NCBI GenBank assembly: GCA_011524975.1
Contig: WTJD01000029.1
Span: forward strand, 1 to 59,092
Length of the DNA: 59,092 nucleotides
From: Lysobacterales bacterium
GTDB taxonomy: Bacteria > Pseudomonadota > Gammaproteobacteria > Xanthomonadales > SZUA-36
Reading direction: 5' to 3'
Every line of letters begins with the position of its first letter. The first letter of the stretch is position 1. The position numbers were made by a program, and so were the translations under genes. Below the pieces are notes generated by a model. It had not been told where the DNA came from. It was given only the letters and a program-made list of their open reading frames with translations, and searched no databases. Positions 50,166 through 59,092 of this stretch are shown one piece after another.

Positions 50166-52192
50166 CGGGCCATGATCAGGTTGCCCCAGTCATCCACTTC
50201 CAAATCCCAACCGGGCGCCACCCAGGTGGTCGCGACTTTCTCCGTTACGATGGCCGGTCCAGCCGCTTTGAAACCGGGCATAAGCTCATCGCGGGACAGG
50301 AGCGGCACCGAGGCTTTGAGGCCAGCCAGATAGATGTGGCCGGAATGGGGGTCACAGGCTCTCGCCGCCACCTTCTCTGTTTCGCGCACTAGCGCCGGGG
50401 CCCGCGCACTGACACGCAGGTTGACCAGCTCGATGGGGTGATCAAGGCGGTGACCGCAGGCGGACTCATGAGCCGCGTGGAATGCCTCCGCGAGATCGTC
50501 GGCGGCCGTGTCATCGAGCAGAAATGCGGCGCTTTGTCCCTGGTACCGCAATTCCAACAGGCGGCGGAAGCGAAGCTCCTGGATATCGATGCCCTCCCGG
50601 GCCAACTGTTCACTGGCGGCTGACTCCAACTCACCGAAAACGCGCGTCGCTTCAGCCTGATCCAGTTCGCTCAACAGACCGGGAAACGCGCGTGACAGGT
50701 CCCTTCCCGGTTCACTGGCCAGCATGCCCTCTGCCGACAACACACCCGCCCGAGCAGGCATGACCACCGTGGGGATATCCAGCAGGTCCGCCAACTCACA
50801 GGCGTGCAAGCCACCCGCGCCACCAAAACTGAACAAAGCGTAATCACGGGGGTCATGCCCACGCTCCACCGAGATGACACGGAGCGCGCGAGCCATGTGC
50901 TCGTTGGCCAGCCGAATCACGCCACGGGCCGCCTCCAGCCGGCTGCAGCCCAGCCGCTTTGCCAGCGTGTCCATGGCCTTGATGGCGGCCGGCTTGTCCA
51001 GTGGGAGATACCCGCCCAGCATCGTATCCGCCGGGATTCTGCCCAGAATGAGGTTGGCATCGGTGACGGTGGCCTCGACACCCCCCCTGCCATAGCACGC
51101 CGGCCCGGGCTCAGCCCCAGCGGACTCCGGACCGACCAGCAGCAGACCCCCTGCGTCCACCCGCGCAATGGAGCCACCACCCGCTCCAATGGTGTGGATG
51201 TCAACGGAAGCAATCATCAGCGGCCATCCGCCAACACGGCTTTGATGGGAGAGCGGTATTTCACCGTTCATCAGCGACACATCGGTCGATGTTCCTCCCA
51301 TGTCGAAGGTCAGCAGATCGGTACGCCCCGTGACTTCGCCGAACAGTCGAGCCGCCGCCAGTCCTCCGGCCGGACCTGACAACAACAGGCGCGCGGCATG
51401 TCGCGCGGCCTGACCGGCCGCAACGGTCGTTCCCGACGACTGCATGATGGATACGGCGGCGTCCGGCAGCCGCTCCTTCAGCCGCGTCAGGTAGCGGGAC
51501 ATGACCGGCCCCACCGAGGCGTTCAGCCAGGTGGCGATACCGCGCTCGTACTCGCGCAACTCGGGCAGCACCTCGCTGGACAGCGACACGAACCACTTCC
51601 CTTCCAGCGCGCGGGCAATACGCTCTTCTTCTTCCGGGTGGAGGAAAGAAAACATCAGATTGACCGCCACGGCCTCAGGACCGGCGCGTTCGATCTGCTC
51701 TCGCAACAGCGCCAGCTCTTCCCGGGTCGCTCGGGAGCGCAATGTACCGTCGGCCGCGCCGCGGGTGGTGACCTCCATGCACAGCTCCGGGGGCACCGGC
51801 GGCGGCTGCTGTGGCTGGCACAGCTGGTAAACGGCTTCACGATGTTGTCGGCCCAGGCTCAAAACGTCCGCGAACCCTTCGCTGGCCACGTAGGCCACAC
51901 GGGCGCCCTTGCCCTCCAGCACGGCATTGGTTCCTACCGTCGTGCCATGAATCACGCGGTCCACCTTGCCGGCCACACCCAGTCGGTCGAGACCCTCAAA
52001 AATCGCGCGGGAAGGGTCGTCTGGCGTGGACAGCACTTTGCAGTGCCGGGCACGGGCGCCAGCCAGCACCACGACGTCTGTGAACGTACCGCCGGTATCG
52101 ACCCCGGCCAGGATGATTTTTTTTGCCGACAAATGAAAACTCCGGGCGGTTTGCCGTATTGTATGGCCCTTCTTCAGCTGAGACACGCGCAT
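50156..52192 (-). CDS. Hydantoinase/oxoprolinase A-family protein (HyuA-like)
   Basis: It has ILAGVDTGGTFTDVV, FDMGGTSTDVSL and IGAGGGSIA. The start is either ATG 52192 or TTG 52132 (LSAKKIILAGVDTGG). The track start at 52369 would overlap mutM. Confidence 0.85.
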   Translation of the reverse strand: MRVSQLKKGHTIRQTARSFHLSAKKIILAGVDTGGTFTDVVVLAGARARHCKVLSTPDDPSRAIFEGLDRLGVAGKVDRVIHGTTVGTNAVLEGKGARVAYVASEGFADVLSLGRQHREAVYQLCQPQQPPPVPPELCMEVTTRGAADGTLRSRATREELALLREQIERAGPEAVAVNLMFSFLHPEEEERIARALEGKWFVSLSSEVLPELREYERGIATWLNASVGPVMSRYLTRLKERLPDAAVSIMQSSGTTVAAGQAARHAARLLLSGPAGGLAAARLFGEVTGRTDLLTFDMGGTSTDVSLMNGEIPLSHQSRVGGWPLMIASVDIHTIGAGGGSIARVDAGGLLLVGPESAGAEPGPACYGRGGVEATVTDANLILGRIPADTMLGGYLPLDKPAAIKAMDTLAKRLGCSRLEAARGVIRLANEHMARALRVISVERGHDPRDYALFSFGGAGGLHACELADLLDIPTVVMPARAGVLSAEGMLASEPGRDLSRAFPGLLSELDQAEATRVFGELESAASEQLAREGIDIQELRFRRLLELRYQGQSAAFLLDDTAADDLAEAFHAAHESACGHRLDHPIELVNLRVSARAPALVRETEKVAARACDPHSGHIYLAGLKASVPLLSRDELMPGFKAAGPAIVTEKVATTWVAPGWDLEVDDWGNLIMARQK

Positions 52193-53000
52193 GCCGGAAC
52201 TGCCCGAAGTCGAGACCACCCGCAGGGGCATCGAGCCCCCACTCCTGGGCCGAAGGATTGAGTCCATCGTCGTCCGGGATCCGCGTCTTCGATGGCCCGT
52301 GACAGATTCAGTGCAAGCGGCCTGCGGGCATGAGGTGACCGCTGTTCGACGCCGCGCCAAGTACATCATTATCGAGGTGGGCGATGGCGGGCTGCTGCTT
52401 CACCTGGGCATGTCGGGCTCAGTTCGCATCCTGACCGAAGACGAGCCACCCCGGAAACACGATCATTTTGACATTCTCACCCGGGAGGCGACGCTGCGCT
52501 ATTGCGACCCACGCAGGTTCGGCTCTTTCTCGTGGTGCCCGCGGCCATTCGAGGCCCACCCCCTGCTCAACGGGCTTGGCCCCGAGCCGCTTTCGGAGGC
52601 ATTCTCGGGTGATCACCTCTATCGCCGGTCCCGAGGCCGTCGCGCCGCCGTGAAGAACTTCATCATGGATGGCCGCATCGTGGTCGGAGTTGGAAACATC
52701 TATGCCTCCGAAGCGCTGTTCATGGCCGGCATTCACCCTTCAAGGGCAGCCGGCCGAGTATCGGCAGCACGGTATGCCGCGCTGGCCCGGGCCATACAGG
52801 ATGTACTCGGTCGCGCCGTCCGACAGGGCGGCACCACGTTGCGGGATTTCAGCGGCGCCGGAGGAACACCCGGTTACTTTGCGCAGGAACTGCTGGTCTA
52901 TGACCGGGAGGGTCGCCCCTGCCTGCAATGCGGAACATCGATCACCCGACGCGTCATCGGACAACGTTCCAGCTTCTACTGCACTTCCTGCCAGCGTTAA
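52191..53000 (+). CDS. mutM: Formamidopyrimidine-DNA glycosylase
   Basis: It has the MPELPEVETTRRGI N-terminus and a C-terminal zinc finger CLQCGTSI...FYCTSCQ. Confidence 0.95.
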   Translation: MPELPEVETTRRGIEPPLLGRRIESIVVRDPRLRWPVTDSVQAACGHEVTAVRRRAKYIIIEVGDGGLLLHLGMSGSVRILTEDEPPRKHDHFDILTREATLRYCDPRRFGSFSWCPRPFEAHPLLNGLGPEPLSEAFSGDHLYRRSRGRRAAVKNFIMDGRIVVGVGNIYASEALFMAGIHPSRAAGRVSAARYAALARAIQDVLGRAVRQGGTTLRDFSGAGGTPGYFAQELLVYDREGRPCLQCGTSITRRVIGQRSSFYCTSCQR

Positions 53001-53086
53001 ATCTGCCATGAACGGCCTTCTATGGATATCATGTGGTCATCGGGAACCGCCGTTTCCGAACCCCGTGTCTGAGATGGAGTAGAACC

Positions 53087-54220
53087 GTGAAAAAAGGCAC
53101 CCTGTCCGTTCATGCCGGCAGCACGCGAGAGCGTTACCTGGGCGGCGTCAATTCACCGATCGTGACATCCAGCGCGATCGAGTACCTCGACGACACCGAG
53201 GTTCGTTACCCGCGCTACTTCAACACCTTCAACCAGCAGGTCGTCGCCGCCAAGCTCTGCGCGCTGGAGGGCGCGGCGGATGGCATCGTGACCAGCTCGG
53301 GCATGGCCGCCATTTCATCCATCATGATGGGGCTGCTGCACCCGGGCGAGCACGCCGTGGTACTGGAAGGGATGTATGGCGGCACTTACAGCCTGGTCAC
53401 CACTGAATTCCGACGCCTGGGCATCGAATTCAGCATCAGCTCGGGCGAGCCCGATGACATCAAGGAAAAAATACGCCCGAACACCCGGCTGCTTTTCGTG
53501 GAATCCCCCACCAATCCACTGCTCAGCATCCTTGACCTCGCCGCCATCGCATCCATTGCGAGGGCGAAAGACATTGTCTGCGCCATCGACAACACGTTCG
53601 CCACGCCTATCCTGCAGAATCCGGTAGAGCATGGGTTCGACCTGGTCATGCACAGTGGCACCAAGTACCTGGGAGGCCATAGCGACCTTTGCTGTGGCGC
53701 CGTGGTCGGTCCGGTTCACCTGATGGAAAGAATCAGGGCGCACGCGCTGATGCATGGCGGCAGCCTCAATGCCCAGGAGTGCTACCTGCTGGAGCGCAGC
53801 CTGAAGACGCTGGAGCTCCGGGTTCTGAGGCAGTCTGAGAACGCCTTGCAGCTGGCCAGCGCGCTCGAGGGCTCCCATCGCGTCGCCCAGGTCCACTATC
53901 CCGGACTGGCCGCTCATCCGCGTCACGATGTCGCCACGCGACAAATGAAAGCATTCGGCGGCATGCTCTCATTTCGGGTAACAGACGGTATCGATCCAGA
54001 TGCATTCCTGAGGGCACTGGACTGGATTCCGTGCGCGGTCAGCCTCGGTGGAGTGGAAACCATGGTATGTCAGCCAGTGGCCACATCACATCAGCGAATG
54101 CAGCACGAGGAACGCGAGCGCCTGGGAATCACCCCGAAACTGATCCGGGTGTCCGTCGGCATAGAAAACCCGGAGGACATCATTGAGGAAGTGCTGGGCG
54201 CCCTGGACTCGGCCGCCTGA
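53087..54220 (+). CDS. Cys/Met-metabolism PLP-dependent enzyme (cystathionine beta-lyase/gamma-synthase family)
   Basis: It has [15 protein letters not shown] (PLP Lys) and [10 protein letters not shown] trimmed the start to GTG 53087 ([11 protein letters not shown]), with GGAG upstream. Confidence 0.85.
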   Translation: MKKGTLSVHAGSTRERYLGGVNSPIVTSSAIEYLDDTEVRYPRYFNTFNQQVVAAKLCALEGAADGIVTSSGMAAISSIMMGLLHPGEHAVVLEGMYGGTYSLVTTEFRRLGIEFSISSGEPDDIKEKIRPNTRLLFVESPTNPLLSILDLAAIASIARAKDIVCAIDNTFATPILQNPVEHGFDLVMHSGTKYLGGHSDLCCGAVVGPVHLMERIRAHALMHGGSLNAQECYLLERSLKTLELRVLRQSENALQLASALEGSHRVAQVHYPGLAAHPRHDVATRQMKAFGGMLSFRVTDGIDPDAFLRALDWIPCAVSLGGVETMVCQPVATSHQRMQHEERERLGITPKLIRVSVGIENPEDIIEEVLGALDSAA

Positions 54221-54353
54221 TCCATCGGCCCCTGATTAACGTGTCAACAGGCTCGACAGGGGCTGGAGCACAGGGGCCAGCAACCCATGACAGCTGCGGC
54301 ATGCAGGCCGGCCTCCGCAACGTGTGGGTATCACAGATGCGCCATGCAAACGG

Positions 54354-54560
54354 TTATCCACCGTCTTCGCTGAGCTGGTCTTCAAGCTGTTTTTGCCTGG
54401 CCGCGCTGGCTTTCAGGTAATCCTCCTCCACACCCTCCGCTTTGCGCAACGGCTTGATCTGGTCGCCGATGAAGCTTTCCTCCACCGGAACAGGCTCCGG
54501 TTCGGGCATGAAGAAATAAAACGCCAGCAGAACAACGATCAGAATAACCAAAAACCGCAT
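54354..54560 (-). CDS. Small single-TM protein, unknown function
   Basis: The 68-aa protein starts MRFLVILIVVLLAFYFF and ends in an acidic tail. Confidence 0.4.
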   Translation of the reverse strand: MRFLVILIVVLLAFYFFMPEPEPVPVEESFIGDQIKPLRKAEGVEEDYLKASAARQKQLEDQLSEDGG

Positions 54561-54596
54561 ATCCTTTTTCCTCCTGCTGAATGGGTGCTGTCGAAC

Positions 54597-55250
54597 CTAG
54601 AGCAGGCCGGGGCTGTCTTCCTCGCTCGGCTCCTGATCATATATCGGAGGCTCGATAAACTGGACGCGCTTGCCGCCTGAGAAAACACTTTTGAACTCAC
54701 GCCGGCTCACGGATACGTATCGGTCGTTGCCCCCAATCTCCACCTGTGACCCCTCCTGGACGGCGTATCCCTGCTCATCCACCCTAACCACCATGGTCGC
54801 TTTCCGCCCCGTGTGACAAATGGTTTTAAGCTCCTGCAGCTCATCCGCCCATGCCAGAAGATACCGGCTGCCCTCAAACAGCTCCCCCTGGAAATCCGTT
54901 CGCAAGCCGAAGCACAGCACCGGTATGTTCAGCTCATCCACCACCTCGGACAGCTGATAAACCTGGTCCCGGCTGAGAAACTGAGCCTCATCGACCAGCA
55001 CGCAGTGAATATTGCGCGTCTCTAATTGTGCAGCGGTGATCTCCAGCAGGTCGCTGTCTGGTTCAAACACCACCGCGGGAGACTTCAGGCCAATGCGTGA
55101 TTGGATAAGCCCGACTTTGTAACGGTCATCCAGCTTGGGGGTGAAGAGCAGAGGGTTCATTCCCCGCTCCCGGTAATTATGCGCGGATTGGAGCAGGACC
55201 GTCGTCTTGCCCGCGTTCATTGCTGAGTAGTTGAAGTATAGTTTGGCCAT
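54597..55250 (-). CDS. tdk: Thymidine kinase
   Basis: I trimmed the start to [30 protein letters not shown] (compare E. coli [30 protein letters not shown]). Confidence 0.95.
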   Translation of the reverse strand: MAKLYFNYSAMNAGKTTVLLQSAHNYRERGMNPLLFTPKLDDRYKVGLIQSRIGLKSPAVVFEPDSDLLEITAAQLETRNIHCVLVDEAQFLSRDQVYQLSEVVDELNIPVLCFGLRTDFQGELFEGSRYLLAWADELQELKTICHTGRKATMVVRVDEQGYAVQEGSQVEIGGNDRYVSVSRREFKSVFSGGKRVQFIEPPIYDQEPSEEDSPGLL

Positions 55251-55270
55251 GTCTTTTGGGTGCTGCCCAT

Positions 55271-56197
55271 TCAGGGCGCTTCTTGCGTCGGGCGCTCTGT
55301 TTCCTGTTCGCGCTCCAGAAAAAACTGGCTCGCCACCTGCCAGATTCGCCACTGGGCTGAATCCTTATCGATGTGCTGACCGAGATAAGCGCAATAGTCC
55401 TCAATCAGCGCGGCGGTCGAGCCCGCTGGTTTTGGGTCTGTCATTTCCAGTATCTTGAGGGCCTCGCTTCCCGGCTGCAAGCTGATGGCATAGAACTGGT
55501 GCTGTCTGCCCGAATCCCGCAGGAGTTCGGGGAAGCCGGCATTGAATTGCACCGGCCAGCCCAACACGGTCCCTGCCAGGGTGGAGCGCCCCGGAGCAGG
55601 CGGGGCGTCCAGCACGACGATGGATGTACCCTTCTCGGGAAGGCGCTTTCTCAAGGCGTCGCTCGCGCCACGCACGGGCACCGCGCGATCGCCGCAGGTC
55701 TGGCGAATGTATCGGATCGCCTTTTTGAGAAACAGGTAATAAAACGGCCTCGACCTGAGCAGATCCCGCTCTACCTGCCGGTAAACCAGCAATGGTCTCA
55801 TGCCATGGTTGTGCAGTAACTTCAGAATCGAGATGGACGGGCCCCAGTGCATACCGACCAGGACGCGATCACGCGCCTGGGCAATCTGCTCCGAGCCCGA
55901 AATCTCATTCAAAACCGCTCGGCTGCGGCCCCAGGTCAACAGAAAGAGGTCGCGCGCGTCCAGCATCACCACCATGCGCCAGCGCCGCTTCCATTCCTGC
56001 GCATGCGTGATTGGGGTATATTGCGCCGCGTATGCGTGGCAGGCTTCCACTTCGCCCCGCAACACCCAGTCCCAGTCCGCGACCCGGCGGACCAAGCGAC
56101 GGGAGAGCGCGGCGGGCAAAAAAAATGCCGCCACGGGGACTAAGATATACACCAGCAGGTCGGACAACTGCAGGCCGGGAGTGATTCTTACCTTCAT
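55271..56197 (-). CDS. Possible LpxL/HtrB-family (lipid A biosynthesis-type) acyltransferase
   Basis: It has an N-terminal TM helix. [10 protein letters not shown] is H(x)nW-like, and VVLDAPP and SAQWRIW resemble the PDQ and PEQYxW regions of the Lip_A_acyltrans family. I trimmed the start to MKVRITPG. This call is tentative. Confidence 0.4.
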   Translation of the reverse strand: MKVRITPGLQLSDLLVYILVPVAAFFLPAALSRRLVRRVADWDWVLRGEVEACHAYAAQYTPITHAQEWKRRWRMVVMLDARDLFLLTWGRSRAVLNEISGSEQIAQARDRVLVGMHWGPSISILKLLHNHGMRPLLVYRQVERDLLRSRPFYYLFLKKAIRYIRQTCGDRAVPVRGASDALRKRLPEKGTSIVVLDAPPAPGRSTLAGTVLGWPVQFNAGFPELLRDSGRQHQFYAISLQPGSEALKILEMTDPKPAGSTAALIEDYCAYLGQHIDKDSAQWRIWQVASQFFLEREQETERPTQEAP

Positions 56198-56280
56198 CGC
56201 GCCAGTGGTTTCCGGGGGGTCGAAATTATAGCCCAGGCGAACAGGCCTGATCTGAAGGAACCTTGACGAAAACTTGGAAT

Positions 56281-57090
56281 ATGTCAAACCGGCCTGTCAT
56301 TCTGACCTACCACTCGCAAAACATCCTTGGCGACCACGCGCCCGTCAATGACCACCAGTCGCTGGCGAGGGACCTGGAGGCCATTCATGGCTCTGGCCGG
56401 CGCTTCATTTCCCTCGCCCGGCTGATAGACCGTCTGGATGAGGGATCCGACCTCCAGGACCTGCGTGGATGCGTATGCCTGACATTGGACGATGGCTGTA
56501 ATTTCGATGTCCATGACATTGAATGGCCGGGCGCCGGCCTGCAGAGAAGCATGCTGGGCATCCTGCGGGATTTCTCCGAGCGGCACGGCGCGGAGGCGCA
56601 GCCCGGGCTGCATGCCACCAGTTTCGTCATCGCCTCACCACAAGCGCGTGAATTGATCGACCGCGGTTCTCTACTGGGTCGGGGCTGGATGGGTGATGAC
56701 TGGTGGGCCGCGGCCGAGGCCGACGACCGGATGACCATCGCCAGCCACGGGTGGGACCATCTTCATCCCGACCTGGGCGGTAGCGGTTGTTTCGGCACGG
56801 TGGATGACTGGTCGCAGTGCGAAACCCAGGTCATCCGCTCCGCCCGGTACATCGAGCGGCGGACCGGGAAGTGGCCTGACCTGTTCGCCTACCCGTTCGG
56901 AACATCGAGCAACTACATCCGCGAGGAGTTTTTTCCCCGCTTTCGGTCCGAGCACCGTTGCCGGGCCGCAGTCGGCACGGATGCAGGGACCGTCAGGCCC
57001 GACACTGATCGCTGGAACCTTCCTCGGCTGGTCTGCGGACGCGACTGGCGTTCAACACGCGAACTGCTGCAGCTCATCGAATCGCTTTAG
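56281..57090 (+). CDS. Polysaccharide deacetylase (NodB-homology/CE4) family protein
   Basis: It has ILTYHS, CLTLDDGCNFDVHD and ASHGWDHLHP. Confidence 0.7.
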   Translation: MSNRPVILTYHSQNILGDHAPVNDHQSLARDLEAIHGSGRRFISLARLIDRLDEGSDLQDLRGCVCLTLDDGCNFDVHDIEWPGAGLQRSMLGILRDFSERHGAEAQPGLHATSFVIASPQARELIDRGSLLGRGWMGDDWWAAAEADDRMTIASHGWDHLHPDLGGSGCFGTVDDWSQCETQVIRSARYIERRTGKWPDLFAYPFGTSSNYIREEFFPRFRSEHRCRAAVGTDAGTVRPDTDRWNLPRLVCGRDWRSTRELLQLIESL

Positions 57091-57119
57091 TTCGCCAGGG
57101 GAGGCGTAGACGGCCTGAT

Positions 57120-57683
57120 TCAGGGCAGCCGATAGCAGTCGAAGTGCATGCTGATTGAATTGTGCGGCCCTCGCAAATCGCGATCACACAGCTCGGGCAC
57201 CTCGCTCTGGTTGAACCGCTGGCGGCGCCCCTCGAAGCCGCACTCCTTGAGCAGGCTCAGAAACGTGTGCTCGTCGTACATGAAGGTATGGCCCGCGAAC
57301 CGCATGCCCAGGTTAAAGACTTCTCCCGGGGTGCCAAGCTTGAGCGGGACGCCGACATGCGTAGTCCATAACTCCATCAGCTGGTCGGGCTGCTCGAGAT
57401 ATAACCGGGCCAGCTGCTCCAGGTCAGGCGTCAGTGTTCGCAACACCCCGCCAGGCCGGAGAATCCGGTGGCACTCCAGCAGGAAAACGCGCGCGCGCTC
57501 CAGGTCGAGCTGGTCGATGAAGTCCTCATTGTGAATGAGATGGGCGGAGTCCGTCTGAAACGGCAAGCCGGAGCCCAGGTCCACGCAAACATCCGGCTGG
57601 CTGCCCAGATCAAGGTCCGCGTTGATCCAGCCGTCGAACTTCCAATGACCCGAACCCAGGTTGATAAGAACTTTGCTGCTCAT
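57120..57683 (-). CDS. Class I SAM-dependent methyltransferase
   Basis: I trimmed the start to MSSKVLINLGSGHWKFDGWINADL. It has RILRPGGVL and lies 8 nt downstream of prmA. Confidence 0.65.
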   Translation of the reverse strand: MSSKVLINLGSGHWKFDGWINADLDLGSQPDVCVDLGSGLPFQTDSAHLIHNEDFIDQLDLERARVFLLECHRILRPGGVLRTLTPDLEQLARLYLEQPDQLMELWTTHVGVPLKLGTPGEVFNLGMRFAGHTFMYDEHTFLSLLKECGFEGRRQRFNQSEVPELCDRDLRGPHNSISMHFDCYRLP

Positions 57684-57691
57684 TTCATCAC

Positions 57692-58582
57692 TCACACGGC
57701 GCGGGCGCTCAGGCCTGCCCACTCCTCATGCGAGATTTGATCCCAATCAGAAAAGCGACGACCAAATGCACGGATGACGGCCTCGGCCTGGTGGTTCAGC
57801 ACGCCAGCAAGAACAAGCCAGCCACCGCGCCTGACGGACTCGCCCAGCACAGGCGCCAATTCGATGAGTGTACCGGACAGAATGTTTGCCAGCATCACGT
57901 CTGCACCTTTCACCGCATATGAATCTGGGGGGAGAGGATCCACAAGGTGCCCGACCGAGTTGGCAGCCGCGTTTTCCCGCGTGGCCAAAAGCGCTTGTGG
58001 GTCGATGTCCACGCAGGTGACTTTCGCCGCGCCTTTCATGGCCGCGGCTACGGCCAGGACACCGGAGCCGCAGCCGTAGTCGACGACACTCATCCCCCGG
58101 AGGTCGTGCCGATCGATCCACTCCAGGCACAGACGTGTGCTTGGATGCGTTCCGCTGCCGAAAGCCAGACCAGGGTCGAGCCGCAGGTTCAAAGCCGCCG
58201 GCTCGGGCGGCTCACAGTGGGTGGGCACGATCCAGAGGGACTGACCGAATCGCAGGGGCTTCGCGTCTGCTTTCCAGGCATTCATCCAGTCGCGATCTTC
58301 AAACCCGGAAACGGCAACCTGGCCGGGCGACTCCACACCGGGCGCCAGGCTAAGCGCGGCCTGCAGCGCTTTTACCGGTGTTTGGCCAGGGAAGAGGCCA
58401 CTGACCATCACTTCAGGCCAAAGCGGCGTCTCGCCAATGGGCGGCTCCAGCACGGGAACATCTGCGACATCTCTGAAGGTCACAGCCAGCGCGCCCTGCG
58501 CCTGCATCAGAGATTCCAGCGCTGCAACGAAGGTCCGTGAGACGGGGATGGTGACCTCGATGAAATCCTCACGTGCTGCCAT
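57692..58582 (-). CDS. prmA: Ribosomal protein L11 methyltransferase
   Basis: It has VVDYGCGSGVLAVAAAMKGA, VDIDPQAL and ANIL. Confidence 0.92.
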   Translation of the reverse strand: MAAREDFIEVTIPVSRTFVAALESLMQAQGALAVTFRDVADVPVLEPPIGETPLWPEVMVSGLFPGQTPVKALQAALSLAPGVESPGQVAVSGFEDRDWMNAWKADAKPLRFGQSLWIVPTHCEPPEPAALNLRLDPGLAFGSGTHPSTRLCLEWIDRHDLRGMSVVDYGCGSGVLAVAAAMKGAAKVTCVDIDPQALLATRENAAANSVGHLVDPLPPDSYAVKGADVMLANILSGTLIELAPVLGESVRRGGWLVLAGVLNHQAEAVIRAFGRRFSDWDQISHEEWAGLSARAV

Positions 58583-58608
58583 GGTGCTGGCTGTCCGGGG
58601 GGGCCGGG

Positions 58609-59067
58609 TCAGGCCTCGGAGCGCTCCTCCAATCGTTTCTCGAGATAATGGATATTGAAGCCTCCCTCGAGAAAGCCCTTGTCCGTGAGCAGCCAGCGAT
58701 GCAGGGGCACATTGGTCTTGATCCCGTTGATCACCAGCTCTTCCAGCGCGACCTTCATGCGCGCGATCGCTGTTTCCCGGTCTGATCCGTGAGCGATGAT
58801 CTTGGCAATCATGGAATCGTAATTGGGCGGAACCCGGTAACCATCATAGATATGTGAGTCCACCCGAATGCCGGGTCCGCCGGGCGCGTGAAACTCCTCG
58901 ACCAGGCCCGGGCAGGGCATGAAATTATCGGGATCTTCCGCGTTGATCCGGCATTCGATGGCGTGGCCAAGGACGCTGATGTCCTCCTGTTTCATCGACA
59001 GCGGCGCACCAGCCGCCACCCGGATCTGTTCCTGGACCAGGTCAACGTTGGTGATGCGCTCGGTCAC
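58609..59067 (-). CDS. accC: Acetyl-CoA carboxylase biotin carboxylase subunit, C-terminal part (5' end missing)
   Basis: It has [33 protein letters not shown] and NIHYLEKRL. The apparent MYKRQ start in the track is translated adapter sequence. Confidence 0.93.
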   Translation of the reverse strand: MTERITNVDLVQEQIRVAAGAPLSMKQEDISVLGHAIECRINAEDPDNFMPCPGLVEEFHAPGGPGIRVDSHIYDGYRVPPNYDSMIAKIIAHGSDRETAIARMKVALEELVINGIKTNVPLHRWLLTDKGFLEGGFNIHYLEKRLEERSEA

Positions 59068-59092
59068 CTGTCTCTTATACACATCTGACGCT
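59068..59092. other. Illumina Nextera/Tn5 mosaic-end adapter remnant (not biological sequence)
   Basis: ctgtctcttatacacatctgacgct equals the Nextera transposase adapter CTGTCTCTTATACACATCT followed by GACGCT. Confidence 0.95.

Noticed and set aside
58609-59082. The track shows accC with an apparent complete ORF starting MYKRQ.
   Set aside because: The first codons are translated Nextera adapter sequence. The real gene continues beyond the contig end.

Overview
This 59,092-nt window is a high-GC, densely coded piece of a gammaproteobacterial-type chromosome. GC is roughly 60% by hand-counting a few lines. I found no rRNA, tRNA, CRISPR array, transposase or integrase.

The housekeeping backbone is clear. 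It comprises a LOG-family gene (cut at the left edge), a rhomboid protease, ycgL, exbD, glmS-glmU, a TRAP transporter with a beta-carbonic anhydrase, the full atpIBEFHAGDC operon, parB-parA-rsmG, plant-type gshA, dut-algC, radC-rpmB-rpmG, mutM, tdk and prmA-accC (cut at the right edge).

The ORF track opens each ORF at the most upstream ATG/GTG/TTG, so I trimmed many N-termini to the start supported by homology, an RBS or a signal peptide.

The strongest candidate for an undescribed system is a co-directional four-gene cluster on the minus strand at 1135-6245:
- a lipoprotein;
- a TIR-TM-TPR protein;
- a secreted paralogue of the lipoprotein;
- a protein with a YpsA/LOG-like (SLOG-type) N-terminal domain and two tandem 2-TM modules.

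Its domain logic resembles Thoeris and the predicted SLOG-SLATT conflict systems, but in an envelope-spanning, receptor-like format.

Other points worth a second look:
- AGGGACA-type inverted and heptamer repeats inside two enlarged atp intergenic regions;
- a ~62-aa hydrophobic insertion in ATP synthase subunit a;
- a GT10 / epimerase / orphan PP-loop insertion between parB and atpI;
- a PLA2-like lipoprotein leading a two-component operon;
- a lower-GC islet with mazEF-like genes and three small envelope ORFs;
- a membrane-anchored long-form AlgC;
- untrimmed Nextera adapter at the right end.

All family assignments come from motif recognition by eye. No database search was run.
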